Assembly (NCBI GenBank): GCA_017499595.2
Contig: CM039009.1
Span: 2,232,001-2,296,000, forward strand
Length of the DNA stretch: 64,000 nucleotides
Reading direction: 5' to 3'
Source: Psilocybe cubensis
Taxonomy: Eukaryota
The translations under genes and the position numbers were made by a program. Each line of letters begins with the position of its first letter. Positions within the stretch are counted from its first letter, which is position 1. Positions 1 through 14,139 of the stretch are shown here, one piece after another. The notes beneath the pieces are model-generated. The model made no database searches. It worked only from the letters and a program-made list of their open reading frames with translations, and had not been told where the DNA came from.

Positions 1-471
1 ACAGGCATGTCAGTGTATTGTTGATCCTGCACGAAAGAATATCGCACTTGTGAATAGATGTCAACCTCTGCTTTCCATCGATACATGTCCTCGTCTCCGC
101 TCCTTCGTCGTTCATTTGCACCGTGAAAATGACAGGTGGGACGTAGAAATTGCGGTATATGGAGTCTATGAGCCCGATTTGTTTTGCTTCGGACCACACA
201 ACATCTGCAACGGATTATCAGCTTGTACCGACTCTACTCAAGCTTGCCTACCTCGCTGATACTCTGGCTCCAAATTGATGTCGTTGTTGTGTATTTGATC
301 TGCGGAAAGTTAAACACGACGCGTTTTCAACGAAACGTGGTGCCACGCACCAAACAAGGCCTGGGTGGTGTACGTCGCAGGCCGCGGAACCGAGAGCGCG
401 TGTGTGATCTTATAATCATCGTTTTCGTCACTGTCGAAGTCTGTGAGGTCAGAATACTCGTCGTCGGACAT
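1..471 (-). CDS. DUF262 (GmrSD N-terminal / ParB-Srx-like) domain protein, 5' part; 3' end lies outside the window
   Basis: Manual splicing gives MSDDEYSD...QALF / DQIHNNDINLEPEYQR / DVVWSEAKQIGLIDSIYRNFYVPPVIF...RTCIDGKQRLTSIHK. The PxYQRxxVW and IDGxQRLT motifs are DUF262 signatures. Confidence 0.85.
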
Positions 472-620
472 GGTGGTATTGAAGAGGAATGTTGTTGAAT
501 TTGTTCGGATTTTGCATGACCTTAACCCTAAAACATGACACCCGACTGGCGACCCATTCATTGTTCACATTGAATCGTTGTTCCTTGACCTCTTGGTACA
601 CCTATCTTCTTCCTTACACT

Positions 621-3129
621 ATGGACAATGACCAGTTCAAGACGCCGTTAAACAAGTCTCGTCTCCCTGGTCCTGGGTTGCGGTCGAGTACGATGAAGCG
701 CGACTCTTTCGCTGCCGAGCTGGAGAGAGGTAGGTCTTTCGGCATGTGCATGACTGTGGAGGCTCATTGTTCTTTCAAAGACCCCCAGACATCGACAGCT
801 AAACGACAGCAGCGAGCGCAGGTCTTCACATCTTCTATATCCCATGCCAGCCTCGAGAGACAATTGCTGGCAGCCCAGACGTCCAAGATGGAACTCGAAA
901 CGAAGCTACGCGAGTCAGAGTTGCTCATTGCCACTCTCAAAAGCGACAGAGAGTGGCTGGCTAACCGTGAAAAGGAGGAGCGCGAGGAAAAAGAGGCTGA
1001 ACGTGAATCCTATGAAAAGGCGAAGGTATGGAATCGCGTTTTTTGTAGGCACCGAATCATTTAGCTGAATGATAACTATTGTTTAGAAAGCATCTGATGC
1101 TGAGAATCGTTCCTTACGAATAACGGTGTCTACGTTACGAGAAGAGCTTGCAGACTTACAAGATACACATCAAGCCCTCGTACGGAATACAAATCAAACT
1201 GTGTCTTCACAGAAGACAGAAATTATGACATTAACGCATCGGAATGCCCTTCTTGAACAACAATACGAACAAGCGAAAACTCTAGCCGAGGAACGTTCGG
1301 AATCCCTAACACAACTCCAAGCTGCCTATGACGAACTCAGCACCGCAAAGGAATCATCCGAAAAGCGTGAATTGGAGGAAGAGAGCATGAGCATTGTGCG
1401 AGATGAGTTGCATCGCCAAGCGAGTTATCTTCGTAGCCTGGAATCTTCCAATGCAAAGATGACGGCTGAGCTCAAAGTTCTGCGCGAGCGGCAAACGAGT
1501 GTGGAGGTACTAAGGGAAGAAAAGCGCGGGTTGGAACGCAAACTCCAGATGCTCGATGAATTTAGGACGAAGGCGATCAAATTAGAGGCTGAAGTGGAAG
1601 CAGGGCGAAAAGAACGTGAAGCATGGTAGGTTTCTTTTTGTATTTCTCTGTGTATTTCTCTCATGCATCTGCCATGTTATAGGGCAGAGAACTCTCAAAA
1701 TGCTCAGCTTTCAAGCACGCCGATCGCTGTTACAAAAGCCCTCTCCGACCTCCGTCTTGCCCATGCACGTCTTCTGGAAGAACACGGCTCTACAGTCGCG
1801 CTTCTTCGCCAAAGAGAGGCTGAACTAGCTGATTATGAACGACGTGAAGCCCAATCTACCCAGAACATCAGCACCCTCGAGCAGAACCAACGTATCCTCA
1901 AAGACAAAATCGCCAGGAGGGACGCACGCACACAGCTCGCAGAACGAGAAGTGACGTTCCTACAAGCTCTTGTGGTATGTCAGTTGGTTACTTGTTTCGT
2001 TTGACGTAGAATTCATAACGTCAATGTTTTGAAATTTTAGGCAAGTTTCAATGCTGAAGACCACATGGAGGGCGTTGAACGGGATGAAGCCAAAGACCAG
2101 CACATTCAGCAGCTCCAGGGCTTATTGCAAGAATACAAAGCATTAAATGACCAACTGAGTGATAACTTGGAGAATCTCGATGGTAAACCTTCATTGCTCA
2201 ACCCCGCCCAGGCCGAGGAGCTGCATGCCGAACTGGAAAAAGAACGCCTCGAAAAGGCTGAGCTGCAGAAAGGTGCTTATTTCCTCCGAATAGCTGACTG
2301 TATCTCGGAAAGTAATCTTCATTAAACCCAGGTCTCGACGCCGCTACAACCTCCGAGAAAGAAAACCTAGACAAGATCGAAGAGCTCGAACAAACGCTCT
2401 TCGAGCTGCGTGGAGAAATTGCCGGCGGTCGTCACGTCCCACCGAACACTCGAATTTTGTCGATGAAAGATAACCCGGAGCAGCAATGGTTCGATCTGCG
2501 TCAGGCGGCGATGGATCGGCTGAAGAGCGAGAACGAAGCCTTGATAAAGCGACTTAAAGAGTTGGAGGAGGGCGGGGTACGAATGACGAATGAGGGTGAG
2601 GGTGCGGGTGAGGATCTTGTCCCCAGAGAGAGCTGGGAGGCGGTTAATAAGGAGAAGGTGGATCTGGAGGAAATGGTAAAGCAGAAGGAGAAGAGGCTAT
2701 TAAGGTTACAGCAGGTATGGGTCACTTTGCCTAATAATTAATATCATAGACTTATACACTCACGCACTACTATCATCATCCGCTGTTGTTTTTTTTCAGG
2801 TATTCACGTCCAAGAGCGCCGAGTTCCGTGAAGCAATAGCATCTATCCTCGGACTCAAGCTCGCTTTCTACCCGAATGGCCAAGTCAGGGTGACGTCGGT
2901 GTACGACCTCTGTGCATCCTTTGTCTTCCAGCCTTCCCGAGGACAAGGGTCATCCAGTGCAGGGTCAGCGTCAATGCAGCTTGTTGCACAGGGGGAAGGG
3001 GGGCCTCAGGATCTACCCAATCTAATGGAGTACTGGATAGAAAAAGAGCAGTGTATACCGGGATTTCTTGCGAGTGTAACACTGGAGTGTTATGATAATG
3101 CGAAGAGGGAAGGTAGAATTGATGTTTGA
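621..3129 (+). CDS. MAD1: Spindle assembly checkpoint protein Mad1 (multi-exon)
   Basis: Long coiled coil over several exons, RILSMKDNP, KEKRLLRLQQVF..KSAEFREAIASILG, and C-terminal YWIEKEQCIPGFLASVTLE typical of Mad1. Confidence 0.93.
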
Positions 3130-4407
3130 GCGCATGGTTCAATTGAGCGTGTGCTCGGAGGCGGGTCAGATGGATTGGTTGGATTGGTACGAATCATACC
3201 AATGTACCCCTTTCTATTTCTATTTCGTTTTGCTTTTTGCTTTTTTATCAAGTATTGTTTCTGTATGACCATCTTTTTTATCTTTGCTCAGTGGTGTTGT
3301 CCTAATCCGCAAATCTGGTATCTTTCTACATGGTGAGTCGTTTGATACATCCACCTACACTTGTTTGCATTCCCTCAAGTCTCTTCTCTTTTAGTTACCG
3401 GTTGATTCACCGAGATTAGCTTATGAAAATATTGTGAACTGCACGGCCTGGCACGGCTCGGGTGCATTGTAATTGTGTTCGCTTGAGATTGGCCTATGGC
3501 CCTTGGATTGGGTTGGCCCCGCTTGTCTGTCACACGGCCCTACTGCGAATGTCCATTCCTGCTCTTCATCAAGGTGTGTGTTCAATTCATGACCATGTCT
3601 CATCATTGAACCAAGTTGATCTTCCAAGGTATTTCTGTGATAGAATCTCAACTTCTTTTTGCTCCCTTTGACCGTTCATCAGCCGCAGTCCACTACGGTT
3701 ACCACCCAAAGCATCAGGGCAACTCCATATGATTGTTATGGCGTGCGAGCCAATAAGACCTGAACATGTTGCAAGTCATATTCTCCATCACTCAATAGTT
3801 ATCAAACTTAGGGGGATAGTATAAGAATGTTCAACGACATAGGCATTAATTTTGGAAAACATGTGTGAGTCGATTACCACAGAATGTCATTCCTATTGCT
3901 CATGATGAACAAAAGTATACCATACATTGATCGGTGATTAACACTTTCGGGAATAGACCTGATCCCTTCCGAGGAGGTTAACGCGACGACAATAGAAGCA
4001 AAGGAAAGGTCCCCCAAATAGGGGCAGGCTTTCAGCTTGTTTCCTTCCCCGGATTGCCAGGTCCCTTACCGCCGCTGCCACGTTCAAGCACATTGAGCGT
4101 TTAGGTAGGCTCGACTAAAATTGAATTGGTAGTAAATCTAATCTTATCACAGTCGTTGGCGTCCTTAACATCCTGAGATTTACGGGTCCTAGCTTAATTA
4201 AGTAGGTTTAACTATTTGAAGAGGAAGGATGCGGGCATGTGATGATCGATGAGAGAGGCATATATATTTGCCAGCCAGAACTCTCAAGGATGCATTTACA
4301 TACCCCGTCCACGTTGCCCGACGCAAGGCAATTTAAGAGAATCATAAACGGCAACAGCAACATATTAAACTTCCCGGATACATTGGCGAGGAAGCAGCTA
4401 TATTACC

Positions 4408-5295
4408 ATGATGTCCACAAAGCCTCGCAGGGAACCCCGAGCTTACCACCCCCAGTTCAACTCGCCCGACGCCGATGTAATACTCGTCTCCTCAGAAGAT
4501 ACAGGCTACCGTGTACCACACTTCACCCTGCGAAATACATGTGGCTTTTTTCGTGGCCTTCTTTCTACACACAACTCATCCCTCGTACAGCCAGAGCTAG
4601 GAGACAGATCATTTGGTCCCATATTCGACGTTGATGAAAAGAATAAGGTCTTGACAAAGGTTCTTAGCATGATATGCGGCCTTCACAGCGACAACTGGGA
4701 ATCCATTGACGAAGCAGACGACGCCATCCTCCTTGCTCAAAAATGGGATGCTCCAGGTCCATTGTCCATCATTCGAAGCTCAATAACAGCCCCTATGTTC
4801 CTTGCCGATCCCCTGCGACTTTATGCAATTACAACTCGACAGGGGTGGCTGGAGGAGACTATGCTGGCGTCGACGCAGACATTAAGTCTGAACCTTTATG
4901 ATGAGGAACACCGACCAACCCTGGAAAAAATGTCTGCCAGTCGCCTCATGGCGCTCTTTCGGCTGCATCGGGATCGACGAGACCGTTTCAAGACATTCAT
5001 AGACAGCGACGCGATATTCGATGCAGGAAACGCAGAGAAATATCTCTGTCCTGGATGCGGAGAAGAAATGAACAATCATACGTGGCGAGAACTCAAAACC
5101 AGGATGTTTATGGAGATGGATAGACGACCCCTCGGAGATACGCTGTGTGGGCTAGAGATGGAAGACTGGCCGGAGTTCATCGCTTGCTGGGAAGCGAAGT
5201 GCCAGAAAGCGGACTGTGGGAGGTTGTGCTATGACAAGTTGAGCACCCTTCGAGATATAAAGAATTGTATAGAGAGACTTCCTTCCCATGTTTAA
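4408..5295 (+). CDS. BTB/POZ domain protein (agaricomycete-expanded type)
   Basis: Intronless 295-aa ORF with FNSPDADVILVSSEDTGYRVPHFTLRNTCGFF, LAQKWD and PLRLYAI motifs and a Cys-rich C-terminus. Confidence 0.8.
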   Translation: MMSTKPRREPRAYHPQFNSPDADVILVSSEDTGYRVPHFTLRNTCGFFRGLLSTHNSSLVQPELGDRSFGPIFDVDEKNKVLTKVLSMICGLHSDNWESIDEADDAILLAQKWDAPGPLSIIRSSITAPMFLADPLRLYAITTRQGWLEETMLASTQTLSLNLYDEEHRPTLEKMSASRLMALFRLHRDRRDRFKTFIDSDAIFDAGNAEKYLCPGCGEEMNNHTWRELKTRMFMEMDRRPLGDTLCGLEMEDWPEFIACWEAKCQKADCGRLCYDKLSTLRDIKNCIERLPSHV

Positions 5296-6830
5296 CGTCG
5301 CATTTATACATTTTAAACTTCGATATGTTAGATCTCAGGCGTCAAAAGTATGGGTCACGAGCGCTTAAATTAAAATAAAGCGATGAGATCTGCCTTATCA
5401 AACGAGAACATGCCATTCTTGTTACAGCGTTAACCGTAAAACCCACGGTTGGAAAGAATGTAATTGCTTTTATAACAAGGTGTCGGGGTTCGGAGTTTTG
5501 TGGATGCTTGGATGGCAGTGTTACTAATGACACAATTTGTGGACAGACTCAACCTTGTGTAACTTATATTTTGGCGTAAGTAACTGCAATTCTGGAATAG
5601 TACTGCACAACCACTCACCCGCGAATATGAATACGAGTTAGTGAATACCAGCTGGTCAGAATCGTCGAAATCTGCAAGTTCATGCTAGACAGAGCATAGC
5701 TATAAATACCATGAGCCTCAAATAACGAATGAAACCATACATTGACAATCGAAGAGTTAGAGTGTTCGCAATCAGAATATTTGCTTTCAAGAAATGGTTC
5801 ACCCGACACCGCAACTGTGGAAAAGGAGGACTGATGACTTGATGCCCGGTATCCCCTCATTCTCAATCCCTTGACGAAGTCGATATAGTCACAAATATCC
5901 CCAATCATTGGCTCCCCGGATTGCTCGAAGGACGACATCGATACAGGCTCCATGAAAAGTGATAATTGGCCACTTGTTGTTGTTGAACAAGGGATAGCGG
6001 AATAATCGTCGTCTTGAAGGTCGCTCGAATCAGATCCATCGCAATAAGGTTCAAGCTGGACGTCCTTTCCGGAGTCGACAGCTGCTCCGCCATTCTGGAC
6101 TCGGTTAGGTACCGGGGCGATCATAAATTGCGGTCCTCTAGTGCGACACCGACACTAAAAAACAAGGTCGTTGACAAATCACATTGAGAGTGTGGTTTAA
6201 TAAGAAAAAACAAAAACCTTTGTCCCAGTTCTGTTCTCCGACAACGTTGTATCGTAGATGTAGGGTGGAAAGATTACTCTGAGTATCCAAATGATGACGC
6301 TAGCGAGATAGAGAAACATATATGAGAATGCACGGAAATATGATTATCAGGGCGACCACGGATGATTTGATATGATTGAGTAGTCACCTTATCCCACAGG
6401 AATTTTATACTCACTATACCATCGTTCAGCGGATACTTTCAGGTCATAATTGAGACGAGGCTAGGGTCGATCTGTAACAGAACGGAACTTACCTTCATCT
6501 TAGTCCAGTGCGTAATCATCCCGAATCAGTAGTAAGCAGTTTAGTGACTGTATTGTTTTACTCGTTTTGAGGATATTAACAGATATTCAACTTGTTCAAG
6601 CGAGATAGTCTATTCCCTTTTGGCATGTGCTTTCGTCGGCTACAAGCAACACGATGCCAATGCCGGCGGCGATAAAAATAGATTATACAGTGACTTGGCG
6701 GCACGCCGCACGGGTCAATCGAAGTCTCCCCACCCCCTGAATACGAGTTTTCTCATGCTTGGGAACCTTGGAGCTCCTATCTACTTGTTATCTACTTGCA
6801 CTACTTTCTACGCTGTCCTTGGATTACAAA

Positions 6831-8093
6831 ATGAATTTCAGGGCCACCGTAAATTGTGATATGGGAGAGGTAGGTGAAGACATAAACTTGCATTAGATTA
6901 TTTGCATAACGATATCTTAGGGGTTCTCGCTGTATAAAATCGTATGTACCAGAAGACACTCTCATAACTAGTCAATTACACCTATCATACAGGGAGAGGA
7001 TGAAAAGTTAATGGGACACATTCATCTTGCTAATATCGCCTGTGGATTTCATGCCTCGTGAGTTTTCACGGCGGCTTCGAAATTGGCTCCTGGTTGTAAC
7101 TTTCTCTATGGAGTGACTTTGCTGTCATGAACGAGACCGTTCAGCTTGCTAAGAGTCACGGTGTTGCTGTCGGAGCACACCCTTCCCTTCCAGACTTGCA
7201 AGGATTTGGAAGACGCGAAATGGCAATCGAGCCGGTATGTGCATCTTCAATACTAAACTCAGAGTTATCTGTACGTGTTCATAGCTGAGTTGATTACTAG
7301 GATGAGCTCAAGTCTTGCTTCATTTATCAAGTCGGAGCCCTTTGTGGATTTTTGAAGCAACACGGACTCCCTCTGAACCATGTATGTTTTTTATATCCTT
7401 GAAATTACAGTACTGATATGCGATATTGTAGATTAAGCCCCATGGTGCTGTGTATGGTCAGACATCGAGATCACTTCCCCTTGCTCGTGCCGTTGTAGAA
7501 GTCGCAAAGATTTTCAGCACCCCTAATGAACCTGTTGCATTTGTAGGCATTGGTGGCTCTGCTCATCAGACAGCTGCAGAAGAAATAGGCGTCAAATTCA
7601 TACCAGGCATGCCCAGCACTCTTCAAATATTTTCATCTTGCGTTACAACTTACATTATAACAGAATGGTTCGCTGACATGGAATACAGTGCAGAAGGGAA
7701 ATTACTCATAACAAAGTAAATTCCTCGAGATTCCAAACGATATATTCTTAATTTGATTCCAGGAAACATGATCCCGTTCCTCTAGACATCGTCCGCAAAC
7801 GAGTATGATCGTTACTCTTAGCCGCTCATAACTCGCCTGATTCTGAGCTCATTTAGGTCTTAACACTACTTAACGATAAGCTAGTTACAACGCAGAATGG
7901 TGGTTTCATTTCGTTGGGAGATAATATCGACGAAGTCACCATTTGCTGCCATTCTGATACGCCTGTTGAGTATTTCTTGATATGTTTTGCAAGAATCATG
8001 CTGATTGAATGAGCCTAGGGAGCCGTTGAAATCGCAGAACTTGTGAAGTCTCTTGTAGATGAACACAACAAGGGTACCATTCAACGAAACTGA
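6831..8093 (+). CDS. lamB: LamB/YcsF family protein (5-oxoprolinase subunit A, PxpA-like)
   Basis: Largely absent from the ORF track because of many small exons. Spliced: [18 protein letters not shown].../[44 protein letters not shown].../[16 protein letters not shown]...EWFADMEY...[15 protein letters not shown]. Confidence 0.92.
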
Positions 8094-8456
8094 AACTGCT
8101 GCGTGGAGAATTTTGACCAATGTTGGAGGTATTGGGCAATCCTCTAGCCAAATATAGCTTGTTTCCAGAAAATTGTTAATAGTTTGGGACAGAATATGTG
8201 CCATATTTAGGAGTGCAGCGGTATTTTCTCACAATGTTGATGTAAAGCAATACAATTCCGGTTGTGCCAATAACCGAACCTTTTTTGTCCCGAACACCCA
8301 TCGTCATTCATCATAACTTCATCAGGTGGTACTCTATAAACGATATGCTTCCTTTCAAACATTCTCACCGATTACATGTTTGGATCATGTTATCTTGGGT
8401 TGGAAAGGACGCCATGGTGCTGTTCTTGAGTTTACCTTGACCCTTCTTTAGCCAGC

Positions 8457-11400
8457 ATGGTCAAGGAATACGACAACCACAAGTTACTCGTCGCAAACCG
8501 AGGTGAAATCGCAGTACGCATTCTGCAAACGGCAAAACGACTTGGCTTAAAGACAGTAGCTATCTACACACACTCCGATTCACTCTCCCCTCACGTATTA
8601 CAAGCGGACGAAAGTGTGCCTCTTGAACAACCCGAATCGACTGTAACGAATGCTGGGTCTTCAGAAGCAGCGGCCTATCTTTCCATTACAAGTATAATTC
8701 AGATCTGCATAAAGCATTCGGTCACCCTCGTTCATCCAGGCTACGGATTCCTATCGGAAAACGCAAAATTTGCAGCTGAAGTCATCAACAATGGCATCAT
8801 ATGGTTAGGGCCACGTCCCGAGATTATTCGTTCTATGGGCTTGAAGCATGAAGCATTGGATATTGCTCGGAATGCTGGTTTGAAAAGCGTTCCAGGCTCA
8901 GGGGGACTGTTGGCATCGGAAGAAGAAGCCTTAAATATTGCGGCTCAATGTGGATACCCTGTATTGCTCAAGGCTACTGCGGGTGGAGGTGGAATGGGAA
9001 TGATTGTTTGTCGCGATGCCGAAAGCTTGCGCACTAGCTTTCAAGTTGCAAAGAATCGTGCAAAGGTTCGTCATTTTCTCGTCTGCTTGTGAAATTGACT
9101 CAACTTTTTTAGACCTTGTTTCACGACGATGGCATCTTTTTAGAGCGATATTTCGACGCTGCGAGACATATCGAAATACAAGTTAGTATTCTAATATATG
9201 TAATTGCGGCTGAAACTCGACCGTCTTTTATTTCAGGTATTTGGAAATGGCCAAGGCGATGTAGTACACATGCGAGAACGGGAGTGCAGCGCACAGAGGA
9301 GACACCAGAAAGTTATCGAAGAAAGTCCCAGTCCTTTCTGCTTAGCTCATCCAGGCGAGTATATTCAGGAAGTTAGCACACATGCGCTGATTGAGATGAC
9401 AGGCCTTCGGGAACAAATGTGCGACGCAGCTGTATCCTTGGCAAAAAGCATCAAATATAACTCTGCAGGTAAGATATTTCTGCTAAGAAGTAGACCGTCT
9501 CGTTGAACATATTTCAGGCACTATGGAGTTTCTCGTCGATGAAGAAACTGCAAACTTTTATTTTTTGGAGATGAATACGAGAATCCAGGTTAGTGACTAC
9601 ACTTTCTCATTATATAGGGTGCTTCATGTTTATTTTTCTAGGTTGAGCATCCTGTGACTGAGCAAATACATCCTGGATTAGATCTTGTAGAGCTGATGAT
9701 CAAGCAAGGCCTCGAGGAAAGTTCTTCCAACAAAGGCTTCCTCTCATCATCGGCAGAAATGCAGCAAGCCACGTACGATAATTTCGTCGCTCAAGGGGTG
9801 AATCAAGGTTGCTCCCATGCTATTGAAAGCCGTATCTACGCGGAAAATCCGTATGAAGGATTTGTGCCCTCCCCTGGTTTGGTCCAATATGCTTCTATAA
9901 ACGAGTTGGACTATGACTGGCTGCGAATCGATAGTTGGGTGAGCCTTTGCGCTGTGCATTCCTGCACGTTGTGAACCTTGTGTGAATGTGTCCTAATAAT
10001 CAAATTATTTTGCATAGGTTGAAACTGGCATGACGATCACACCTCATTTTGACCCACTCATGGGCAAAGTAATTGTTTCAGGATCGACTAGAGAAGAAGC
10101 CCTATCTCGCTCTCTAATAGCATTGGGAGAAATACAGCTCCTAGGACCTATGAATAATGTCAAATATCTTTCGTCCATCATAGATCATCACTCGTTCCGT
10201 ACAGGCATGGTGACCACAACATTCTTAGAATCGTTCAAGGTTCAACCTCGGTATCTGCATTTTTGCACTGGTCTTTGAAGCTTCGTCTAATCTATATGAT
10301 GATAGTGCCTTCAAAGTGCTTTCACCTGGTATTGACACGACCATCCAAGACCTCCCTGGCAGGCACATGAAATTGGGGATTCCTGTGAGCGGGCCCATGG
10401 ATAGCCTTGCTTTCTCAGCAGCAAACATCCTTGTCGGGAACCCAAAGACAACTGAAGGACTCGAAATTGTCGTTGTTCCCGGAGTAAAAGCTTCATTTCA
10501 TTTCTTTACAAGCACCGTCATAGCTGTGGCAGGAAAGGACGTGATAGTCAAAGTCAGTGGCAAGAAATGTTCGACGTGGTCCAAACTGTTGGTTCCAGAG
10601 GGCTCAACTGTCGATATTGAAGCCAGTATGACGAATGCCACAGCTGGTTTTCGTGTCTACTTGGCCATCAGGGGCGGGTTTCCCGACGTCCCAACTTACC
10701 TTGGATCCAAATCAACTTCCATGGGACTTGGAGGATATCAGGTTATAATTCCAAGCTATCTATCTTCCCAGTTGACTGATAATTGCTTCTCCAGGGTCGC
10801 TCGTTGCTCAAAGGAGACCTTATTTCTCTAGGAAATTGCTCCCCTGCTCCCCAAGAGAACGAACATGTCGTTCCGGAACATTTGGTTCCAACATACTCTT
10901 CTCATTGGGTTATATATGTACTTCCAGGCCCGCACGGCGACGAGGAATTCGTCACATCAGAGGGCCTTCGTAAATTCTACACTACTCGGTGGAGAGTCAG
11001 CCCTTCAAGTAACAGACTCGGTATCCGACTTGAGCCGCCCTCATCCGCCGATCGAATTGCATGGGCAAGAGAGAGTGGTGGAGAGGGAGGGTCACATCCA
11101 AGTAATATCTTGGACAATGGGTACGCGCTCGGCACTATAAACATTAACGGCGATACACCTGTCATTCTCACGAACGAAGGACCTGATATGGGTGGATACA
11201 TGTGCTTGTGCACAGTTGCGACAGCAGAAATGTAGGTATTTGATTCTTCTTTCGCTAGGCGACCTAGTGTTAAATTCAGAATAAAGGTGGAAGCTGGGTC
11301 AACTCGGACCTGGGAACACGATAGAATTTCGAAGGATATCATGGAGTAGCGCAATACAACGTTCCGTATCAAACATCCAGTGGCTAGAGGCTGTGGAACA

Positions 11401-13343
11401 ATCTTGCTCCAGCCACAAACTCAAAGAAACGTCGATATCCAGGTTCACATTGTTGGATACTGATGTCAAAGATACAGAATATCCTACAGTCCTTCACGTG
11501 CGACATGTTGATCGAGATGCCCTAGCAAAAAGAGTAACTTTCCGACAGGTATGTTCTATTGGTAGCGGTGGGGGAACACGAAAACTGACGTTTTCTTTCG
11601 CTAGGCTGGGGGCACTGCGATTCTGGTGGAGTTCGGCGCGATGCACTTGGACCTGTTTGTTCGAGCAAGGATTCATGCCTTTCAGGGCATAGTCAATGGA
11701 AAAGGTATCTCTGGACTACGTTTCCTCTGTCCCTGTATACGTTCGATTTTGGTACGCAGTCAAATGCCCTATTCGCCCCCTGTAGCCTTTAGCTCACTTC
11801 TATTTAGTGCCACTATGACCCGACTATCATTGCCCAGGATGCGTTTCTTGCAGTTTTAATTGAATCGGCCGAGCTTATCCCAGACAATATGGATGAAATG
11901 ACATTCCCAGGTCGACGAATTACATTTCCTATTGTCCTCGACGATAAATGGAATAAAGAAGCGATTCTGCGGTATATGACCACTACTCGGGATAAAGCCG
12001 TATATCTACCTAGCAATGTGGAATATTTGGCCAACAACAACGGCCTTGCTAGCGCGGAAGAAGCCTTGCAAAAGCTGGTCGAATCCGACTGGGTGCGTTA
12101 TCTCCTATTCCACCTCGTAGAGCCATAAATAACACGGTCGTTGAAAGCTTGTATTGGGTGTTGGATTCTACCTGGCTTGTCCTTTCCTCATACCGGTGAG
12201 CTGACTGGTAGGAGAAATTGATAGACTACTTACCAGGAAACATTGCTCAGGTTGATCCTCGATGCCGGCTTATCGGTCAAAAGATGAACCCATCGCGCAC
12301 TTTCACACCTCGAGTACGTTACTAACAATGCCAAAATGCTGAACCAATTGAGAATTGTGTCTCAGGGTGCCATTGGCATTGCGGGTCCAGTGGCGGCGAT
12401 ATACCCAATTGAATCTCCCGGAGGGTATCAGCTCTACGGACGAACTCTCCCTACATGGCAAACCTGGGGGAAAGGCCGCGACTTCCAAGCAAATAAACCA
12501 TGGCTGTTGGAGGCCTTCGACCAGGTATTTGTATAATTGTCGTGCCTCACGCCCAGCATCTCAACTTTTGTGACGACAGGTTGCTTTCAAGCCTGTCAGC
12601 GAACACGAGTACATCGAGGTAGGTTGTATAGATTTGCATTGAGGGAATATCTGATCTTATGCCATGTATTAGTTTGAGAAACAATTTGATACAGGCCAAT
12701 ACGTTTTCCAGGTATTGAAAAACATGATATATTTTGTCTTAACTCTATACTGATTAACTCGTGTATCTCATATAGATTGAGCCGACAGAGTTCTCTGTAG
12801 CCGAATATGCCAAGTTCCTTGAATCTATTGAAAAGGAGACCCAGGCATTTTGCCTCCGTCAGGCTGAAGCCAGCAGCCGAGAGGAACAGAGGTATTGTAT
12901 CCCTTATATACGGTGAAAACATAGCTCACCTAATTTGAATCAGAGAACGAATTTTGCTACGAGAATGGGAAGAGCACAAGGTCCGTCAGAACGTCCAAGA
13001 AGACAGTTCAAAATCCGTCTACAACGGTATGTGTCCCATCTATTTCGATAACTCGCCAGGGTATTCATCGACAAATGCCATTTTCTTCAAAGACAATCTA
13101 GACGTTGAGGGTGGTTCCCGTCTCACTGCCCCCATATTCGCCAACATATGGAAGATCCAATGCAGCATCGACGATGTTATCGAGTCGGACTCGCAGGTGC
13201 TCGTTATTCTAGAGGCGATGAAAACCGAAATACCTGTTCTTGCTGGGGAAGGAAGCAAAGGGAAGAAAGTTGTCGGTTTTGGACATGGCGCCAGGGAGGG
13301 GCAGCCTGTTGGACCTGGAGACACTTTGGTCATTTTAGGATGA
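8457..13343 (+). CDS. Biotin-dependent urea carboxylase-like protein (LamA-like): biotin carboxylase + AHS2 + AHS1 + biotin carrier, no amidase domain
   Basis: [100 protein letters not shown]; biotinylation motif EAMKTE near the C-terminus. Confidence 0.92.
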
Positions 13344-14139
13344 AAATTGCGGCTTTTGTAAATGTTTATTGAATTAAGGGCTGTATTACCACGAATGAAA
13401 TGTTATCGTTGCAATTGTCTGACGAAATTATACATTTGTGCCTAAGGTGTAGCCAACCAATGCTCCCCTCCTTACGAGTTTTATTCTCAAAAACGACTTG
13501 TTTCAATGAGAGAGGTACATAGCATGTACATGATGTAATACAGTTACTTTACTGGTCCGAATCTACAGCTCGACACAAATTTGAAAAACATTGTTCGGTG
13601 ACTTTGGGAGAGGCGTAACTGGAGGGAAAATACCCTGGTACATAACATGGGACAACAGGGTAGGGAGGGACTCGAGGGAATTAGTATAGGCAGGAGAAAC
13701 GTCACTATGCGATTATCGGGTCGAATAAATTATTAGGTGACGTTTTTTTCTGTAAAGTCTGAGTCTGGTGATGAGTTACAGTGTCGGTATGAAGAATGAT
13801 GGTGGTGATGACGCACAGGGAGGGTGTGCGGATTATGAAGGTAGCGGCAGGCTGAGTGGAGGGGAAATGACAGGCGTATGATGGTGGTGTATAAATTGGG
13901 TGGAGAAAGTCGGTATATATCGTCCAAGTACTAAAAGCACACGAAAGTCAGAGTTTGAAGACATAAAATAGTGAGTGGGTGAAAGGAAGACATACCTTTG
14001 AGAAAATGGAAAAAAGAAAAAACTATAATCGAAGGATGGAGCCCCAAAAGCAGATAAAATAGAACAAAACCAAAATTAAAAAACGAAAAAAAAGCCAAAA
14101 ATAAAGAAAGCAATGACAGCGTTCATTCTGAATCGATTT

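Noticed and set aside
5615-6124. 169-aa minus-strand ORF
   Set aside because: No recognisable motif and no clear splice structure; cannot be supported as a gene.
8457-13343. Call as DUR1,2 urea amidolyase
   Set aside because: There is no N-terminal amidase (allophanate hydrolase) domain; the ORF starts directly with biotin carboxylase.
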